This document shows positions 1 to 10,170 of a stretch of 64,000 nt of DNA, piece by piece; positions within the stretch are counted from its first letter, which is position 1, and the number at the start of each line of letters is the position of its first letter. Origin of the DNA: an uncultured virus (IMG/VR IMGVR_UViG_3300044629_000710) (lineage: Duplodnaviria > Heunggongvirae > Uroviricota > Caudoviricetes); the IMG/VR virus record IMGVR_UViG_3300044629_000710. One strand, 5' to 3'. The notes beneath the pieces were generated by a model. That model did no database searches. It had not been told where the DNA came from and saw only the letters and a program-made list of their open reading frames with translations. The position numbers and the translations under genes are program-made.

Positions 1-1348
1 CGGACCGACAGGGAACACGGGAGACACAGGACCAATCGGACCAATCGGACCGACAGGGAACACTGGACCAACTGGACCACAAGGACCAATCGGACCAATC
101 GGACCGACAGGGAACACGGGAGACACAGGACCAATCGGACCAATCGGACCGACAGGGAACACTGGACCAACTGGACCACAAGGACCAATCGGACCGACAG
201 GGAACACGGGAGACACGGGACCACAAGGAGTTACTGGTTCAACCGGTCCCAGAGGTGGAATACTATATCAACTCCATATCAGTACGGCACTTGTAGATCC
301 GGGAATTGGATATTTCAGGTTCAGTCAATCCGCCGCCAACATTGCTGGCGTTACCGGAATGGTAATTGATTCTTATTCTCTAGGAACCAAAGGTGCTACC
401 GGATGGATTGAAACATGGGATGACAGCACAAGCAGCAACAAGGGATATCTTTATATTCAAAATGCGTATAACAACGATCAAGTTCTCGTACTTGGCGTGA
501 ATAGCGTATCTCTGATAACCGGAGGAACACCACCGTATTATTATGAGGTGGGTGTATCTTACATATCGGGAACCATATCCAGTGCCGTTACCGGAACCCT
601 GTTTTCAATTGACTTCGTAAGAGTCGGAGATAAAGGAGAAAGCGGAACGGTTGGCGATGCTGGACCTACCGGTTTCACAGGTCCGACCGGTCCGCAAGGA
701 ACTACAGGAAACGGAGTTACTGGGTTCAATGTAATCGGTGACAATCTCTACTACTGGTTCTCCGATTGGACAGGAACGACATTCGGCACACTACAGAATG
801 CCGGATATGTTCGTGGTCCTACGGGAGCCGACGGTCAAGATGGTTCCGGTGGGGGTGGTGGTGGTGGCACACTCACATACGCGGTATTTACTCCTTTCTA
901 TAGCGAAGCACCAGGTTTCACTTTTCCGACTCTTGACACCCGCAATAACATTCCTGTTCTGGATTTTGATTCTACGAATAATGAGACCACTCACTTCCGA
1001 GGCATGATACCGCAAGGAGCGGCTTTCTCTTATCTACAGACCAACATCTACTGGAGCGCGACCGAGGCAACAGCGGGAACGGCAACATGGCAGGTAGCAT
1101 TTGATAACATAAGGACAAACCCCGACATAGACAGCGACAGTTTTGACCAAGGATACACGGGTCGCTCCTACTTTCAGGGAACGACATCCGGTCTTCCGGT
1201 CTCCATCGGCATCACTTGCCAGAATGTTGACAGCCTGACCGGAGGCGACCCGTTCCGCTTGAGATTGAGACGGGTCGGATCGGACTCGCTTGATACGCTT
1301 ATCGGGGATGCAGAGTTCTTGTTCTTTGAAGTGAGAGGAGTGACCTGA
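1..1348 (+). CDS. Collagen-like virion fibre protein, 5'-truncated (frame open from position 2)
   Basis: Frame 2 reads [18 protein letters not shown]... from base 2 and continues into the tracked ORF 359..1348. Contains G-X-Y triplets, a WDDS module, a GNGVTGF..LYYW module, a poly-Gly linker and a C-terminal domain paralogous to that of 10171..12195. Confidence 0.8.
   Translation, partial: GPTGNTGDTGPIGPIGPTGNTGPTGPQGPIGPIGPTGNTGDTGPIGPIGPTGNTGPTGPQGPIGPTGNTGDTGPQGVTGSTGPRGGILYQLHISTALVDPGIGYFRFSQSAANIAGVTGMVIDSYSLGTKGATGWIETWDDSTSSNKGYLYIQNAYNNDQVLVLGVNSVSLITGGTPPYYYEVGVSYISGTISSAVTGTLFSIDFVRVGDKGESGTVGDAGPTGFTGPTGPQGTTGNGVTGFNVIGDNLYYWFSDWTGTTFGTLQNAGYVRGPTGADGQDGSGGGGGGGTLTYAVFTPFYSEAPGFTFPTLDTRNNIPVLDFDSTNNETTHFRGMIPQGAAFSYLQTNIYWSATEATAGTATWQVAFDNIRTNPDIDSDSFDQGYTGRSYFQGTTSGLPVSIGITCQNVDSLTGGDPFRLRLRRVGSDSLDTLIGDAEFLFFEVRGVT
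2..228 (+). repeat. Tandem coding repeat (99 nt, 90 nt and a partial copy) encoding Gly-X-Y collagen
   Basis: ggaccgacagggaacacgggagacac restarts at 2, 101 and 191; copies are near-identical. Confidence 0.9.
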
Positions 1349-2193
1349 TGTACGACTTCCAAGGACCAGCAGGTGATGACAATACAGTCAGACCAAGGAT
1401 CAATATCGTCCGCGGCAGTCAAGCCACGGATTCGGAAGGTCTAACATATTCCGGTGCCACGATGGATGGTATCGCCGCAATCACCGGTGCTCCGCTGACG
1501 CTTGCTGGGTGGGCAATAATGGATGTGCCGGACAGCAACTTCGGGACGGTTGTTGGTGTGGGGGCAAGAAGAACCAGTGTGGGCGACAACAATACCCGTT
1601 TCAGATACGAACTGTATTACACCAATACGGTCGGTCTGGGCGCAAGGTACACAAACGCTGCCGGAAATTCCACTAGAACGGTATCTTTTAGCAATGCAGG
1701 TGCCAACGGAGTAACGGCGGGACAATTGTTTCACATTGCGGGTACATTTGGCAGAACGGGTGGAAGCGGTACTCCAACAAATACCTCGCGTATTGTTTTG
1801 TATATTGATGGAATTTCGGAGGGTGCCTTGAATGGGTCCACCGTAAGACCAGAATTGAGTTCTCTTGTCATCGCCGACGGTGGTTTCAACAAGACAAGCG
1901 TCGGTTGTGCCATGGCCACAAATACCGTGGGTATCGGTGGTGCAGAAAATTACTGGAACGGAAGGATAGGAGAGGTTGGAATATGGGACACGGAGTTGAC
2001 TGCTGAGGAAATACAATCCCTTGCAGAGGGATATAGGTGCGATCAAGTCAGACCACAGAACCTGAAGTTTTACATGCCTCTCGCAGGAAATAGACAGATT
2101 GTGGTGGGAGAGAACATGAGGGCTTCCCTTGAGTCTACCACTCTTGACACAAAGCCATCGCCCGCACAGCAACACCCGCAAAGAATGGGATAA
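1348..2193 (+). CDS. LamG/concanavalin A-like lectin domain protein (putative adhesin)
   Basis: LTLAGW, FHIAGTF, IVLYIDG, WNGRIGEVGIWDTELTAEEIQSL are typical LamG_3 motifs; TGATG stop/start coupling to the upstream fibre gene. Confidence 0.75.
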   Translation: MYDFQGPAGDDNTVRPRINIVRGSQATDSEGLTYSGATMDGIAAITGAPLTLAGWAIMDVPDSNFGTVVGVGARRTSVGDNNTRFRYELYYTNTVGLGARYTNAAGNSTRTVSFSNAGANGVTAGQLFHIAGTFGRTGGSGTPTNTSRIVLYIDGISEGALNGSTVRPELSSLVIADGGFNKTSVGCAMATNTVGIGGAENYWNGRIGEVGIWDTELTAEEIQSLAEGYRCDQVRPQNLKFYMPLAGNRQIVVGENMRASLESTTLDTKPSPAQQHPQRMG

Positions 2194-2204
2194 AGGAGAC
2201 GAAG

Positions 2205-2690
2205 ATGAGATACGCAATGCTTGACACCAACATGCAGGTCAAGGAGTTTCGGGACTTGGATCCCGCATGGGTCCAGACCCTGATCAACGCAGGGAACCCC
2301 AAGGCGACCTACATCCGTCCGTTCGTTCAGGATGCCGAGCCGCCATACAACACGGCAACGCAGGAACTTGAGTTCGGCGGCTATGTGGTGGAAGCCAATC
2401 AGGTGCGCGGCACATGGAGCGTCCGCAACCTGACGCAGGAGGAGATTGCCGACCGCAACCGCAAGACATGGACGGCATATGAGTTCCTTCTCCGCCTCAC
2501 GGCAGAGGAGAGAGCCGCCATCCGCACCATGGCACAGGTCAACCAAGGGGTCGCCGACTTCCTCCACCTCTCGCAGGCGGCACAGGAGGTTGTGTCCGAT
2601 GACCCCATGACCCTCGCGGGCATGAACTACATGGTGTCCATCGGCATCTTCACCGAGCAGCGAAAGAACGAGATTCTGGGCTTGATTTGA
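2205..2690 (+). CDS. Hypothetical protein, possible tail fibre assembly chaperone
   Basis: GGAG RBS; 161 aa; PPYN..TQEL..W.VRNLT.EE and a helical C-terminal FLLRLTAEER domain resemble small fibre-associated proteins. Confidence 0.5.
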   Translation: MRYAMLDTNMQVKEFRDLDPAWVQTLINAGNPKATYIRPFVQDAEPPYNTATQELEFGGYVVEANQVRGTWSVRNLTQEEIADRNRKTWTAYEFLLRLTAEERAAIRTMAQVNQGVADFLHLSQAAQEVVSDDPMTLAGMNYMVSIGIFTEQRKNEILGLI

Positions 2691-2756
2691 TATGCCTACT
2701 TACTATGTGGGAGATACTCCGACCATGACTGAACACTAAGCACAGAGGATCGTCCG

Positions 2757-3866
2757 TTGGCACTCATTCGTTTCAAGAGAGGTGCGACTGCTGGCATCGT
2801 TCCCACGGGGCTGACCTATGGCGAACCGGCTGTCAATGTCGCCGACCAAATCCTCTATGTCGGCGGGGTGGACGGGGAGCCAATTCCGATCGGGGGCGGA
2901 GGGGCAGGTTCGCAGGGACCGACCGGCAACGGTGTCACCGGCTTCACGGTCATCGGCAACAACCTGTACTACTGGTACATGGGTCCGACTGGAGCGACCT
3001 TCGGGGAACTACAGAACGCAGGTTCCATCGCGGGCGGGGTTGAGACCAGATGGAGCAACCCGCTTCCGACCACAGCAACCAACCTCGCGGGTGTTCCTGC
3101 GGGCACTACATTTGATATCGGAACGACGGCGGTGGCGATCCTTGAACGCATTCTCTATCCATATCAAAATGTGAGTTTTACAACCCTCAGCAACGGTCTT
3201 GCCACGACATATGAACTCGGACAGACCGCAAGCGGAACTCCCGGCAGCAAGACTGTCAGTTGGGGAACGACTGGTCCGACGGCCAACTGGGTGTCTAACA
3301 GCGGAAGAATATCATACAGCGGGTTCGTGAGCGGAACTCTTGCCACGAACTTTGAACTTTATGATTACGACAGCAATCCGTTTGCCAATAGTGCTTCGGT
3401 GTCCTATCCGGCATTGAGAGCCACATCAATCGGCAACAACACCCTCACCGTATCCATCACCGGACAGCAGGTCATGGGAGATCCGTTGTTGAGTCGGACA
3501 GATGCCGCACGGTGGTGGTCCAAGATGTACTGGGGCAAGTCGGTAAACGATGACCTCAAGAATCCCTTTGCCCTGATTGATGGCATAACCGGCGGACTTC
3601 TGATAACGACTACCAGCAGCACATCAAGGAGCATCACCGCGGGCGCGAGCGATGCCTACTTCTATCTCTTCGTCCATGACTATTACGAGTTGACCAGCAT
3701 GACGCTCGCGGGATTTGATGTGTCATTGAGAGAACCCATCGGCAGCGGCATCACCACACACTCAGTTGCCAACGCACAAGGGTTCACCGCAGACTACAAG
3801 ATATACAGAAGCCAGTTCCAGTTGCCCGGCAACTTGACCATAGGGATCGCATACGGACCGGATTGA
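2757..3866 (+). CDS. Virion structural/fibre protein with Mtd_N-like N-terminus
   Basis: TTG start after GAGG; IRFKRG..LTYGEPAVN..DQILYVG N-terminal motif; Gly/Thr-rich; C-terminal domain shared with the next two genes. Confidence 0.65.
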   Translation: MALIRFKRGATAGIVPTGLTYGEPAVNVADQILYVGGVDGEPIPIGGGGAGSQGPTGNGVTGFTVIGNNLYYWYMGPTGATFGELQNAGSIAGGVETRWSNPLPTTATNLAGVPAGTTFDIGTTAVAILERILYPYQNVSFTTLSNGLATTYELGQTASGTPGSKTVSWGTTGPTANWVSNSGRISYSGFVSGTLATNFELYDYDSNPFANSASVSYPALRATSIGNNTLTVSITGQQVMGDPLLSRTDAARWWSKMYWGKSVNDDLKNPFALIDGITGGLLITTTSSTSRSITAGASDAYFYLFVHDYYELTSMTLAGFDVSLREPIGSGITTHSVANAQGFTADYKIYRSQFQLPGNLTIGIAYGPD

Positions 3867-3873
3867 TTAGACC

Positions 3874-5061
3874 ATGCCTATCACGGGAACAGTTCCAATC
3901 ACGGCACCGATCGCTCCTACGCTGGAGACGGCAAGTTATCCCGTGACGGATCCCATCTACGGCAAGGGAAGCCTGCGGACCGTAGCCGACACGACTCAAC
4001 GAAATGCTATCAGCCAACTCCGTCGCGAACGGGGCATGTTGGTCTATGTCACCGCCGACAACAAGTACTACTCTCTCATCGGTGGCACGGGCAACGAACA
4101 CTGGACCGAGTTCAACTCCGGTTCCGGTCTGACCAACTATGTTGAATCAATCAACGGCTTGACGGGTGTGGTGAACGGTGTTGTCCGCTTCAGTTATGGA
4201 GAGACGGCTCCCACGGTCGGCATCACAGCAGGGCACAAGTGGTTTGACTCCGTTCGCGGAACGGAATACACATACATCTACGACGGCAACACATACCAGT
4301 GGGTTGACCTCGCGGGCGGGGGCGGGAACGCTGGCGCGGGCGTGGGCGCGACCGGACCAGCAGGAGCAACGGGACCGCAACTGCTCATCATTGACTCGTT
4401 CTCCACCAACCTGCCGAGGGCGTTCCTGAAGGGTTCGGGATACACGGTCATAGGGAGCGACAAAAACATTTCGGTGACATACGAAGGTGGTCTTGTTCCG
4501 GCAACGGGTGCCGTTTACCTCACCAACCCGACCAAGGGAACAGGCTTTCCCGTTTACTTCTCAAATTCGGGAATGACCGGAATCAACTTCACTACCCAGA
4601 CCCTGACCGGAAACATAGGCGAGGGGATAACCCTGCGTCTGGTCGTGACCGGAGCCGACGGCTCGGGCGACAAGTATGACTACACGGTGTTCATGGGCAA
4701 CGAGTTCAGGTGGGGGGCGACCACCGGCTCCAGCCTGACGGCGGGCGATCTCTCGACCACACTCACCAATAGTGCGGTCGTGACCGGTCCTAACATAGAT
4801 TTCACGCTTTCCACGCTGATTAACCAGTATGCCTACTACGCATACCCCAAGTCCATGGGTCAGACGAGGCAGAGCATAAATAACGCTAGTTATGGTGGGA
4901 TGGTGTTGCAGGGGCACGATTGGACGGCGGATGCGGGGGGACTTTCTTCTTTCAGCCACTCCAACTCTCTTGGTTATGCTGAGGATTTCTATGTCTACAG
5001 GTCAGACCACCTGTACATAGGCAGGAACGCAAAGGTCAGGGTCTACGAAGAACCAGCATAA
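3874..5061 (+). CDS. Virion structural/fibre protein
   Basis: RRERGMLVYV..DNKYY module, VESINGLTG shaft motif, AP..G..WFD..EYTY..QWV module; C-terminal domain paralogous to neighbours. Confidence 0.65.
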   Translation: MPITGTVPITAPIAPTLETASYPVTDPIYGKGSLRTVADTTQRNAISQLRRERGMLVYVTADNKYYSLIGGTGNEHWTEFNSGSGLTNYVESINGLTGVVNGVVRFSYGETAPTVGITAGHKWFDSVRGTEYTYIYDGNTYQWVDLAGGGGNAGAGVGATGPAGATGPQLLIIDSFSTNLPRAFLKGSGYTVIGSDKNISVTYEGGLVPATGAVYLTNPTKGTGFPVYFSNSGMTGINFTTQTLTGNIGEGITLRLVVTGADGSGDKYDYTVFMGNEFRWGATTGSSLTAGDLSTTLTNSAVVTGPNIDFTLSTLINQYAYYAYPKSMGQTRQSINNASYGGMVLQGHDWTADAGGLSSFSHSNSLGYAEDFYVYRSDHLYIGRNAKVRVYEEPA

Positions 5062-5070
5062 GGAACCAAG

Positions 5071-8000
5071 ATGGCAAACTACTTTCCGTCAAATCTAGAG
5101 CCAGACAACAGGTTACAGAGAGTCACCAACGACGCTTGGTTCTGGTTGAACCAGACCACGGATATCGATTATACCGTTGATGGTATCATCGATTCGGTCA
5201 GCGGAGGTTTGGCAAGCGCTGGATTTAAATGGAGTGGTAGTGTCAATACAAGCGCAAAAACCAGATATGTTCTTGCCATAGCACATGATACATCTGGACT
5301 CGGTGCGGCAATTCCCCTCGCCAGCGATGTCAGAATCAACGATGTCATCCAGAAAAATGACCCCGCTGCCTTCCAGTGCCATCTTGATGTCAGCAACACG
5401 AAAGTCAGCACCTCTCTTGTCTACAACAAGCATGACGGCAAGTTCTACTACTATGACAATACGGCAACAGAGTGGAAAGTGGTCGGATCCGGTGCCGCCG
5501 GTGCTAACATCATTGCATCCTATAGCCTGACGGGTGTCGCTTCGTTCAATTCGACCGATTTTGATTTGGGTTCAACGGGTCATGTCTCTCTTACTGCTGG
5601 AATCGTACGCAGCGTTAATGGCATATTTGGTCCGAATGTATCCCTTCCGTTGGCTGATACCAGCGGCAGGACGGGTTTTGCCTCATTCAATGGCAACAAC
5701 TTCGTGGTATCCGCTACAGGCACCGTGTCGCTGAGTGCCGCCGGACCTGCGGGTGCGATTCAATACAAGGGTGCAGATGGATCACTCTCCGGTGATTCGG
5801 GGCTGGTCTTCAACAGTGCGGCAAACGCACTCGTTCTCGGAAGTGGGCATGTTGTTCAGTTTGGTGATGGCACGACGCAAGGAACCGCCAGAAATTTCTT
5901 CGGAATCACCGGTCCGACAAACACATTCTTCCCCGCAGGCATGTCCGGAAGCGGCTATACCGGCGATCGTCTATTGGTGGCAACTGGTCCTTCGGCGGAC
6001 CCGTTCCGTAACTATGTTCGGTTCAATAACCAGTGGTTCCAGTATGGAGTCGCCGGTGTCGGACAGGGACCAAAGGGAGACAAGGGAGATTCCGGCACAA
6101 ATGGCGTAACCGGTGCAACAGGCACCGCAGGAACTACGGGAACGACCGGAGCGAGCCTGACCGGATTCTCCGTCGATCAATCCACAGGCATCCTTTCGGC
6201 TTCTTATTGGTATGCCGATGGTAGTGCATCCGATCCGTTCGTGATTGGCTATGTTCGTGGAGATACGGGCAATACGGGAAACACTGGTGCAGCCGGAACG
6301 GCAGGCACGACAGGTAACGGAGTCACTGGCTTCACGGTCAGCGGTAATGACCTCTACTATTGGTACATGGGTCCGACCGGAGCGACATTCGGTACGCTAC
6401 AGAATGCAGGTAATGTCCGCGGAAACACCGGACCAACAGGAGCGACGGGTGTCGCCGGAACGACAGGAACCACAGGCAACGGAGTCACGGGATTCTCCGT
6501 TGTCGGTAATGACCTCTACTACTGGTACATGGGTCCGACTGGAGCGACCTTCGGCAATCTCCAGAATGCAGGTAATGTCCGCGGAAACACCGGACCAACA
6601 GGAGCGACGGGTGCGGCTGGAACTACGGGTGTTACGGGCTGGGGAATAACCGGAGTATCCTACAATGAATCGACTGGTATTCTTTCTGCCAGATATTGGC
6701 GAGAACCGGACACATATAGTAGTGAATTCGACATCGGATATATCCGAGGATCCACGGGTATTGCGGGGACAACCGGAACTACAGGTGCCACGGGACCAAG
6801 AACCGGATCAAGATATGAATACATCACGGCGGGAACAGTTATTGGTACTGCGGGTCAGGTAGTATTTGATAGTGCGTCAAACCCGACACATTTACACATC
6901 AACCGCCTTGATTTTGTAGGAAATAATCTTTACTCCTACATCACATCATGGGACGATAGTGATAGTTCAACCAAGGGATATGTTCATATTGATCCCCGAT
7001 TCGGTGTTGCGGGACTGACGGGAACAATCATATTCAAAATTGTGGGAAGGGTCACGGGAAATTCTTCTCCTGATAGTTCAGCACAATGGTATAAAATGTA
7101 TGGTGAGATAGTCGGGGGAGGAACCGCGAGTATTCCCAACGGAACGGAAGTTTCTCTCAATTTCTTTGCTGTTGGTGAAAGAGGCGATAGTCTTATCGGC
7201 GAAGCCTACACTATTGCTGCTCACTCAAGCCCGTCATTCATCTCGGGTCAACAGGGAGGGGCGAGAAAAGTCGCTTTCTTGTTAGATGATGGGGGAATCA
7301 CATTCGACTATGTTCGCAACTACGATGTGTTCAATAAGTCCGAATTCGAGTTTGCTGTGTCCAATTTCGGGGGAACAATCCCGACAACATACCGTCTCAG
7401 CCCGACGAATTACAGTTTGAATGGTTTGTCTGTGAGTGCGGCTTACATTCAAGGCCCACCTTCTGTCACGGCATACATCTTCGTGGACGCCGCAAACGAA
7501 GGCTCAGGTTTCCCTGTCCCGTTCCCAACGGCGGCAATGAATAGTGTCACCTTCACTTCACAGTCGTTGAGCGGTGCCCCCTTTGGAACCAGTCCCTTGT
7601 TTGGGTCTATCACCATCAGATTGACTGCGACCGGAGCCGGAGCGGATGGGGTGACAAGAAAGGGAGAATCAACGATAACATCAAGATTCACCAACGATTA
7701 CCTCTGGGGTATGACCGGTGGCTCCAGCGTGACTGGTGGTGACCTTGACTGGACGAATGCATACTCACCCTACTGGAATAGGGATTTCACATCAACCAAT
7801 CCTCGCGGTGGCATCATGGATGAATTCGTGTTCGGACCGACATCCGGATGGGTCGGGAACCAGTATCTCTACTTCGCACTTCCGGAAAGAATCTATCAAC
7901 ACGAAGTTGTCACCAACAACAAGACGCTCAAGTGGTTCGTGAACGGGTCTTTGTCTGAAGGTGCCATGTCCCTCCAAGGATTTGACTTGGCTGCGGATGC

Positions 8001-8121
8001 CAAGGGACTGTCCACAATCAATGTCGTGAATGCATCCGGTTATGTCGAAAGATATCGTGTCTGGAGAACAGACCAGTTGTTCGCAAACTCGATGGGAAAC
8101 AATTATCCGACCGTGACCTGA
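5071..8121 (+). CDS. Large collagen-containing fibre protein (1016 aa)
   Basis: G-X-T collagen tracts alternating with globular modules; GVASF shaft repeats; internal 162-nt duplication. Confidence 0.75.
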   Translation: MANYFPSNLEPDNRLQRVTNDAWFWLNQTTDIDYTVDGIIDSVSGGLASAGFKWSGSVNTSAKTRYVLAIAHDTSGLGAAIPLASDVRINDVIQKNDPAAFQCHLDVSNTKVSTSLVYNKHDGKFYYYDNTATEWKVVGSGAAGANIIASYSLTGVASFNSTDFDLGSTGHVSLTAGIVRSVNGIFGPNVSLPLADTSGRTGFASFNGNNFVVSATGTVSLSAAGPAGAIQYKGADGSLSGDSGLVFNSAANALVLGSGHVVQFGDGTTQGTARNFFGITGPTNTFFPAGMSGSGYTGDRLLVATGPSADPFRNYVRFNNQWFQYGVAGVGQGPKGDKGDSGTNGVTGATGTAGTTGTTGASLTGFSVDQSTGILSASYWYADGSASDPFVIGYVRGDTGNTGNTGAAGTAGTTGNGVTGFTVSGNDLYYWYMGPTGATFGTLQNAGNVRGNTGPTGATGVAGTTGTTGNGVTGFSVVGNDLYYWYMGPTGATFGNLQNAGNVRGNTGPTGATGAAGTTGVTGWGITGVSYNESTGILSARYWREPDTYSSEFDIGYIRGSTGIAGTTGTTGATGPRTGSRYEYITAGTVIGTAGQVVFDSASNPTHLHINRLDFVGNNLYSYITSWDDSDSSTKGYVHIDPRFGVAGLTGTIIFKIVGRVTGNSSPDSSAQWYKMYGEIVGGGTASIPNGTEVSLNFFAVGERGDSLIGEAYTIAAHSSPSFISGQQGGARKVAFLLDDGGITFDYVRNYDVFNKSEFEFAVSNFGGTIPTTYRLSPTNYSLNGLSVSAAYIQGPPSVTAYIFVDAANEGSGFPVPFPTAAMNSVTFTSQSLSGAPFGTSPLFGSITIRLTATGAGADGVTRKGESTITSRFTNDYLWGMTGGSSVTGGDLDWTNAYSPYWNRDFTSTNPRGGIMDEFVFGPTSGWVGNQYLYFALPERIYQHEVVTNNKTLKWFVNGSLSEGAMSLQGFDLAADAKGLSTINVVNASGYVERYRVWRTDQLFANSMGNNYPTVT
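6313..6612 (+). repeat. Tandem 162-nt (54 aa) duplication inside fibre gene
   Basis: Unit GNGVTGF.V.GNDLYYWYMGPTGATFG.LQNAGNVRGNTGPTGATG starts at 6313 and at 6475. Confidence 0.9.
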
Positions 8122-8140
8122 TCCAATGAGGAGATGAAAC

Positions 8141-8536
8141 ATGCCTTTGGAATTCAGTTCTAGTTTCACTCAGGATTCGAGAAAAAGTCGGGTATCCAGT
8201 CCCGATACATTCTTCCACCTCATGCACTCGGTGGATGTTGACCATGCCGTTGACCTCATCAATGATGGGATTGGCGATTTCGCCCCTCCTGAGATTTACG
8301 GGAGGAAGGCGATCATCAAGAATGCGATGAGCAGTTTCGCCAGCCCCGAAGGACTTGCGAACAATGATATCGTGATGTGGAACGGGATCAACTGGGAAAT
8401 CTACATGGATGTGAGTAATCCCGAAATGAACAATTCCATCGTTTATGACAAGCGGACCCAGAAGTTTTATCAATACACTCCATCTTCCGGTTGGGTTGCC
8501 ATCGTCGCTGGCGACATAAACGGCGGCACTTATTGA
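8141..8536 (+). CDS. Small structural protein, paralog of the N-terminal domain of 5071..8121
   Basis: GAGGAG RBS; shares D.D..VD.I.D, ND.., DVSN....S.VY.K...KFY.Y.....W with the 5071 N-terminus; ends INGGTY. Confidence 0.65.
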   Translation: MPLEFSSSFTQDSRKSRVSSPDTFFHLMHSVDVDHAVDLINDGIGDFAPPEIYGRKAIIKNAMSSFASPEGLANNDIVMWNGINWEIYMDVSNPEMNNSIVYDKRTQKFYQYTPSSGWVAIVAGDINGGTY

Positions 8537-8544
8537 ACACCCTT

Positions 8545-8551
8545 CTAAATA
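8545..8551 (+). promoter_or_regulatory. T4-type late promoter (CTAAATA)
   Basis: Intergenic TAAATA upstream of a structural gene; gp55 and gp33 are encoded in the window. Confidence 0.7.
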
Positions 8552-8571
8552 AGGGGCTGTGAGGGTAAATA

Positions 8572-10143
8572 ATGGCGAGAGAAAATCGGATCAAGGTCTA
8601 TAGAAGCACGCAGGGAGCGGCTCCTCCGGCGTTCAGTTCGGATGCGGCGGTCGGTCCCACCTTCGGGGAGATGGCGTTCTCCGACGGCATCAACTCGCTG
8701 TTTATTGGAAAGAACGATGGTTCAGTTCTTTGGATTGGTGCAGAAGTCACCGGTGGAGACATCGCACAAGGATTGACGAATGCAGTTCCCACTCAGGCGG
8801 CTGTCAAGGCATATGTTTCTGCTTCTTCGGGCGGCGGATTCATTGTTCAGGGCGAAGATGGTCAGACCATACAAATTGATCCTGCGGACACCCTTACCCT
8901 TACAGGCGGAGAGGGAATTGATGTTTTCAAGTCCTCTACCAAAGAGGATACCCTTGTCTTCCGTGGAGTGACAGCGACAAATACTACGCTCGGAATCGCC
9001 AAGTTTAAGTCAACCGATTTTCAAGTTACGAATGGAGAGGTATCGCTCACGAATGGTCCTCTGTTTTCAGTTCGCGGAGAATCCGGACCTCAAGGAACCC
9101 TGAGCATATCCTTTGGGGATACCCTCACCATCACCGGCGGACCCGGTATCAATGTATTCCTTGACGGGCAGACCGACCAGATTGCCATTCAGGGCGTAAC
9201 TGCAACATCGTCCACACTCGGGGTTGCCGCCTTTGACAGTGGAGACTTCTCCATCAGCAATGGAGTGGTGAATCTGGCAACAACGCTCTTCACGGTGAGA
9301 GATGAGAGACAATCAAGTGTCGTTATCTCAAGAGGAAACACCCTCACCATCACCGGTGGACCCGGAATCAATGTATTCACGGACGGAGCCACCGACCGTC
9401 TTGCAGTTCAGGGAATCACCGCGACCAATACTGAAATCGGAGTCGCTTCTTTCAGTGCTACGAATTTTACAGTAAACTCTGGAGCAGTAACTTCCAAATC
9501 TATAAGTGTCATTGCGGGAAACGCAGAAGGTTTTTCTTATTCAACAAATATAGGTTCCTCTATCACCATCACCGGCGGAAACGGAGTCAAGACCAAACTG
9601 ACGCAAATTGTTACCGGAGGAGAGCAGAGTCCTGATGCGGATTCAATAACCATTGAAGGTGTAAATGCAACATATACAACCAAGGGTGTTGCATCCTTCA
9701 AATCAACTGATTTTACCGTCACGAATGGTGAAGTTGGACTGACAACCGGACCTCTTTTCCTTCTTCGGGATGAGAAAAACAGCACGACTGACATCGCTTT
9801 CGGGAACACCCTGACCATCACGGGCGGACCGGGTGTCAATGTGTTCCTGAATGGGCAGACCGACCAGATCGCCGTTCAAGCCATTACCGCCGATTATACC
9901 ACACTCGGTATCGCTTCATTCAAGCAAGGTGACTTCATTGTTTCCTCTGGTGCCGTATCTCTCACATCCCAACTTGTCACCTCGGTCAACGGCTTGACCG
10001 GAGCGGTCACGGTTGTCTCAGACCTACCCCTTGCCAACACTACAGGCACTACAGGTGTTGCCGCATTCAATGCCAACTTCTTCAGCGTCAGTGCGACAGG
10101 AACAGTCTCCCTGACCACGGTAGACGGCGGCACATGGCCGTGA
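8572..10143 (+). CDS. Repetitive fibre shaft protein with Mtd_N-like N-terminus
   Basis: RIKVYRS..FGEMAFSDG..SLFIG N-terminus; about five 75-80 aa TLTITGG.G..../G.ASF...DF.V..G.VSL units; ends VDGGTWP. Confidence 0.7.
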   Translation: MARENRIKVYRSTQGAAPPAFSSDAAVGPTFGEMAFSDGINSLFIGKNDGSVLWIGAEVTGGDIAQGLTNAVPTQAAVKAYVSASSGGGFIVQGEDGQTIQIDPADTLTLTGGEGIDVFKSSTKEDTLVFRGVTATNTTLGIAKFKSTDFQVTNGEVSLTNGPLFSVRGESGPQGTLSISFGDTLTITGGPGINVFLDGQTDQIAIQGVTATSSTLGVAAFDSGDFSISNGVVNLATTLFTVRDERQSSVVISRGNTLTITGGPGINVFTDGATDRLAVQGITATNTEIGVASFSATNFTVNSGAVTSKSISVIAGNAEGFSYSTNIGSSITITGGNGVKTKLTQIVTGGEQSPDADSITIEGVNATYTTKGVASFKSTDFTVTNGEVGLTTGPLFLLRDEKNSTTDIAFGNTLTITGGPGVNVFLNGQTDQIAVQAITADYTTLGIASFKQGDFIVSSGAVSLTSQLVTSVNGLTGAVTVVSDLPLANTTGTTGVAAFNANFFSVSATGTVSLTTVDGGTWP

Positions 10144-10170
10144 CATGACTGATACAAAAGGTTTTTCGTA

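Noticed and set aside
2..228. Regular direct repeats resembling a CRISPR array
   Set aside because: No unique spacers; repeats are in-frame multiples of 9 nt encoding Gly-X-Y collagen.
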